Part shown: positions 61,921 through 64,000 of the stretch, in pieces
How positions within the stretch are numbered: the stretch's first letter is position 1
Layout: each line of letters opens with the position of its first letter
Assembly: GCA_964016885.1 (NCBI GenBank)
Contig: OZ024752.1
Location: forward strand, 16,554,001-16,618,000
Reading direction: 5' to 3'
Source: Eledone cirrhosa
Lineage: Eukaryota
Length of the DNA stretch: 64,000 nt
The notes under the pieces: model-generated
Databases searched by the model: none
What the model saw: only the letters and a program-made list of their open reading frames with translations
What the model was told of the DNA's origin: nothing
Program-made: the position numbers and the translations under genes

Positions 61921-64000
61921 TCAGCCGCGTGTGGTAGTCTGTCTAGGGGAAGGATCACTCTGATGTCAGCCGTGTGTGGCAGTCTGTTATGGGAGGGATC
62001 ACTCTGATGTCCGCCGTGTGTGGGAGTCTGTCTAGTGGAAGGATCACTCTGATGTCAGCCGTGTGTGGTAGTCTGTCTAGGGGAAGGATCACTCTGATGT
62101 CAGCCGTGTGTGGTAGTCTGTCTAGGGGAAGGATCACTCTGATGTCAGCCGTGTGTGGTAGTCTGTCTAGGGGAAGGATCACTCTGATGTCAGCCAAGTG
62201 TGGTAGTCTGTTATGGGAAGGATCACTCTGATGTCAGCCATGTGTGGTAGTCTGTCTAGGGGAAGGATCACTCTGATGTCAGCCGTGTGTGGTAGTCTGT
62301 CTAGGGGAAGGATCACTCTGATGTCAGCCGTGTGTGGTAGTCTGTCTAAAGGAAGGATCACTCTGATGTCAGCTGTGTGTGGTAGTCTGTCTAAGAGAAG
62401 GATCACTCTGATGTCAGCTGTGTGTGGTAGTCTGTCTATGTGAAGGATCACTCTGATGTCAGCCGTGTGTGGTAGCCTGTCTAAGGGAAGGATCACTCTT
62501 ATGTCAGCCGTGTGTGGTAGTCTGTTATGGGAAGGATCACTCTGATGTCAGCCGTGTGTGGTAGTCTGTTATGGGAAGGATCACTCTGATGTCAGCCGTG
62601 TGTGGTAGTCTGTCTAAGGGAAGGATCACTCTGATGTCAGCCGTGTGTGGTAGTCTGCTAAGGGAAGGATCACTCTGATGTCAGCTGTGTGTGGTAGTCT
62701 GTCTAAGGGAAGGATCACTCTGATGTCAGCTGTGTGTGGTAGTCTGTCTAGGTGAAGGATCACTCTGATGTCAGCCGTGTGTGGTAGCCTGTCTAAGGGA
62801 AGGATCACTCTTATGTCAGCCGTGTGTGGTAGTCTGTTATGGGAAGGATCACTCTGATGTCAGCCGTGTGTGGTAGTCTGTCTAGGTGAAGGATCACTCT
62901 GATGTCAGCTGTGTGTGGTAGTCTGTCTAGGTGAAGGATCACTCTGATGTCAGCCGTGTGTGGTAGTCTGTCTAAGGGAAGGATCACTCTGATGTCAGCG
63001 TGTGTGGTAGTCTGTCTAAGGGAAGGATCACTCTGATATCAGCCGTGTGTGGTAGTCTGTCTAGGGGAAGGATCACTCAGATGTCAGCCAAGTGTGGTAG
63101 TCTGTCTAGGGGAAGGATCACTCTGATGTCAGCCGTGTGTGGTAGTCTGTCTATGGGAAGGATCAGTCTGATGTCAGCCGTGTGTGGTAGTCTGTCTAGG
63201 GGAAGGACCACTCTGATGTCAGCCAAGTGTGGTAGTCTGTCTAGGTGAAGGATCACCCTGATGTCAGCCGTGTGTGGTAGTCTGTTATGGGAAGGATCAC
63301 TCTGATGTCAGCCGTGTGTGGTAGTCTGTTATGGGAAGGATCACTCTGATGTCAGCCGTGTGTGGTAGTCTATCTAGGTGAAGGATCACTCTGATGTCAG
63401 CCGTGTGTGGTAGTCTGTCTAGGTGAAGGATCACTCTGATGTCAGCGTGTGTGGTAGTCTGTCTAAGGGAAGGATCACTCTGATGTCAGCCGTGTGGGGT
63501 AGTCTGTCTAGGGGAAGGATCACTCCGATGTCAGCCGTGTGTGGTAGTCTGTTATGGGAAGGATCACTCTGATGTCAGCCGTGTGTGGTAGTCTGCTATG
63601 GGAAGGATCATTCTGATGTCAGCTGTGTGTGGTAGTCTGTTATGGGAAGGATCACTCCGATGTCAGCCGTGTGTGGTAGTCTGTCTAGGGGAAGGATCAC
63701 TCTGATGTCAGCTGTGTGTGGTAGTCTTTTATGGGAAGGATCACTCTGATGTCAGCCGTGTGTGGTAGTCTGTTATGGGAAGGATCACTCTGATGTCAGT
63801 CGTGTGTGGTAGTCTGTCTAGGGGAAGGATCACTCTGATGTCAGTCGTGTGTGGTAGTCTGTCTAGGGGAAGGATCACTCTGATGTCAGCCGTGTGTGGT
63901 AGTCTGTCTAGGGGAAGGATCACTCTGATGTCAGCTGTGTGTGGCAGTCTGTCTAGGGGAAGGATCACTCTGATGTCAGCCATGTGTGGTAGTCTGTCTA
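59240..64000 (+). repeat. Near-identical tandem block duplication, unit 2,683 bp (~60 monomers); second copy truncated by window end
   Basis: Matching ORFs at 59272/61955, 59496/62179, 59943/62626, 60317/63000 and 61058/63741. Shared rare variants include CTATGTGAAG, CTCTTATG and GGACCACT. Confidence 0.92.

Larger units (their letters stand above)
1..64000 (+). repeat. Tandem satellite/minisatellite array, 44-45 bp monomer, ~1,430 head-to-tail copies, running off both window ends
   Basis: GATCACTCTGATGTCAGCCGTGTGTGGTAGTCTGTCTAGGGGAAG or a close variant recurs every 44-45 bp from first to last base (GATC at 258, 302, 347, ...). The consensus has 16 G, 13 T, 8 A and 8 C (53% GC). Common variants are the tails CTAGGGG/CTAGGTG/CTAAGGG/TTATGGG and the cores GCCGTG/GCTGTG/GCCATG/GCCAAG/GTCGTG/GTCATG/GCGTG. 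Confidence 0.99.

Noticed and set aside
37-63983. The many 60-255 aa ORFs on both strands as protein-coding genes
   Set aside because: All are translations of the 15-codon monomer, start at in-repeat ATG/GTG/TTG codons, end at frameshifting 44-bp units or in-repeat stops, and have no unique domains.
1-64000. CRISPR array
   Set aside because: Monomers abut directly with no unique spacers, the variable parts are only point variants, and there is no leader or cas gene.
1-64000. Canonical telomerase repeat or yeast TG1-3 tract
   Set aside because: There are no tandem TTAGGG/TTAGG-type units, and GTGTGTGG is only 8 bp of a complex 45-bp unit.
1-64000. Functional RUNX (TGTGGT), Ikaros/CSL-like (TGGGAA) or Dam (GATC) site arrays
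   Set aside because: Motifs of 4-6 bp are expected by chance in a 45-mer and are multiplied only by the repetition. There is no gene context. GATC is useful only as a Sau3AI/MboI ladder diagnostic.
1-64000. Hidden unique insert, transposon or strand inversion inside the array
   Set aside because: Reading through the window I found no stretch departing from the monomer by more than a few bases and no reverse-orientation units.

Overview
The whole 64-kb window is one uninterrupted head-to-tail tandem satellite array of roughly 1,430 monomers (64,000 / ~44.7 bp). The consensus monomer is 45 bp, GATCACTCTGATGTCAGCCGTGTGTGGTAGTCTGTCTAGGGGAAG (e.g. 302-346), and a common 44-bp subtype ends ...TCTGTTATGGGAAG (e.g. 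258-301). I saw no unique sequence, gene, RNA gene, transposon, CRISPR spacer or inversion. All listed ORFs are translations of the 45-bp (15-codon) unit. The informative structure is the order of monomer variants. It records nested block duplications (offsets of about 0.8-4.8 kb, plus long-range copies at about 9, 16, 23 and 42 kb) and two variant-defined sub-domains separated by a more diverged zone at about 24-27 kb. It also shows a CpG-deamination signature suggesting methylated eukaryotic DNA. I cannot name the satellite family or organism, and I found no support for a novel protein-coding system. Block boundaries are approximate, read by eye from variant order and ORF-track offsets.
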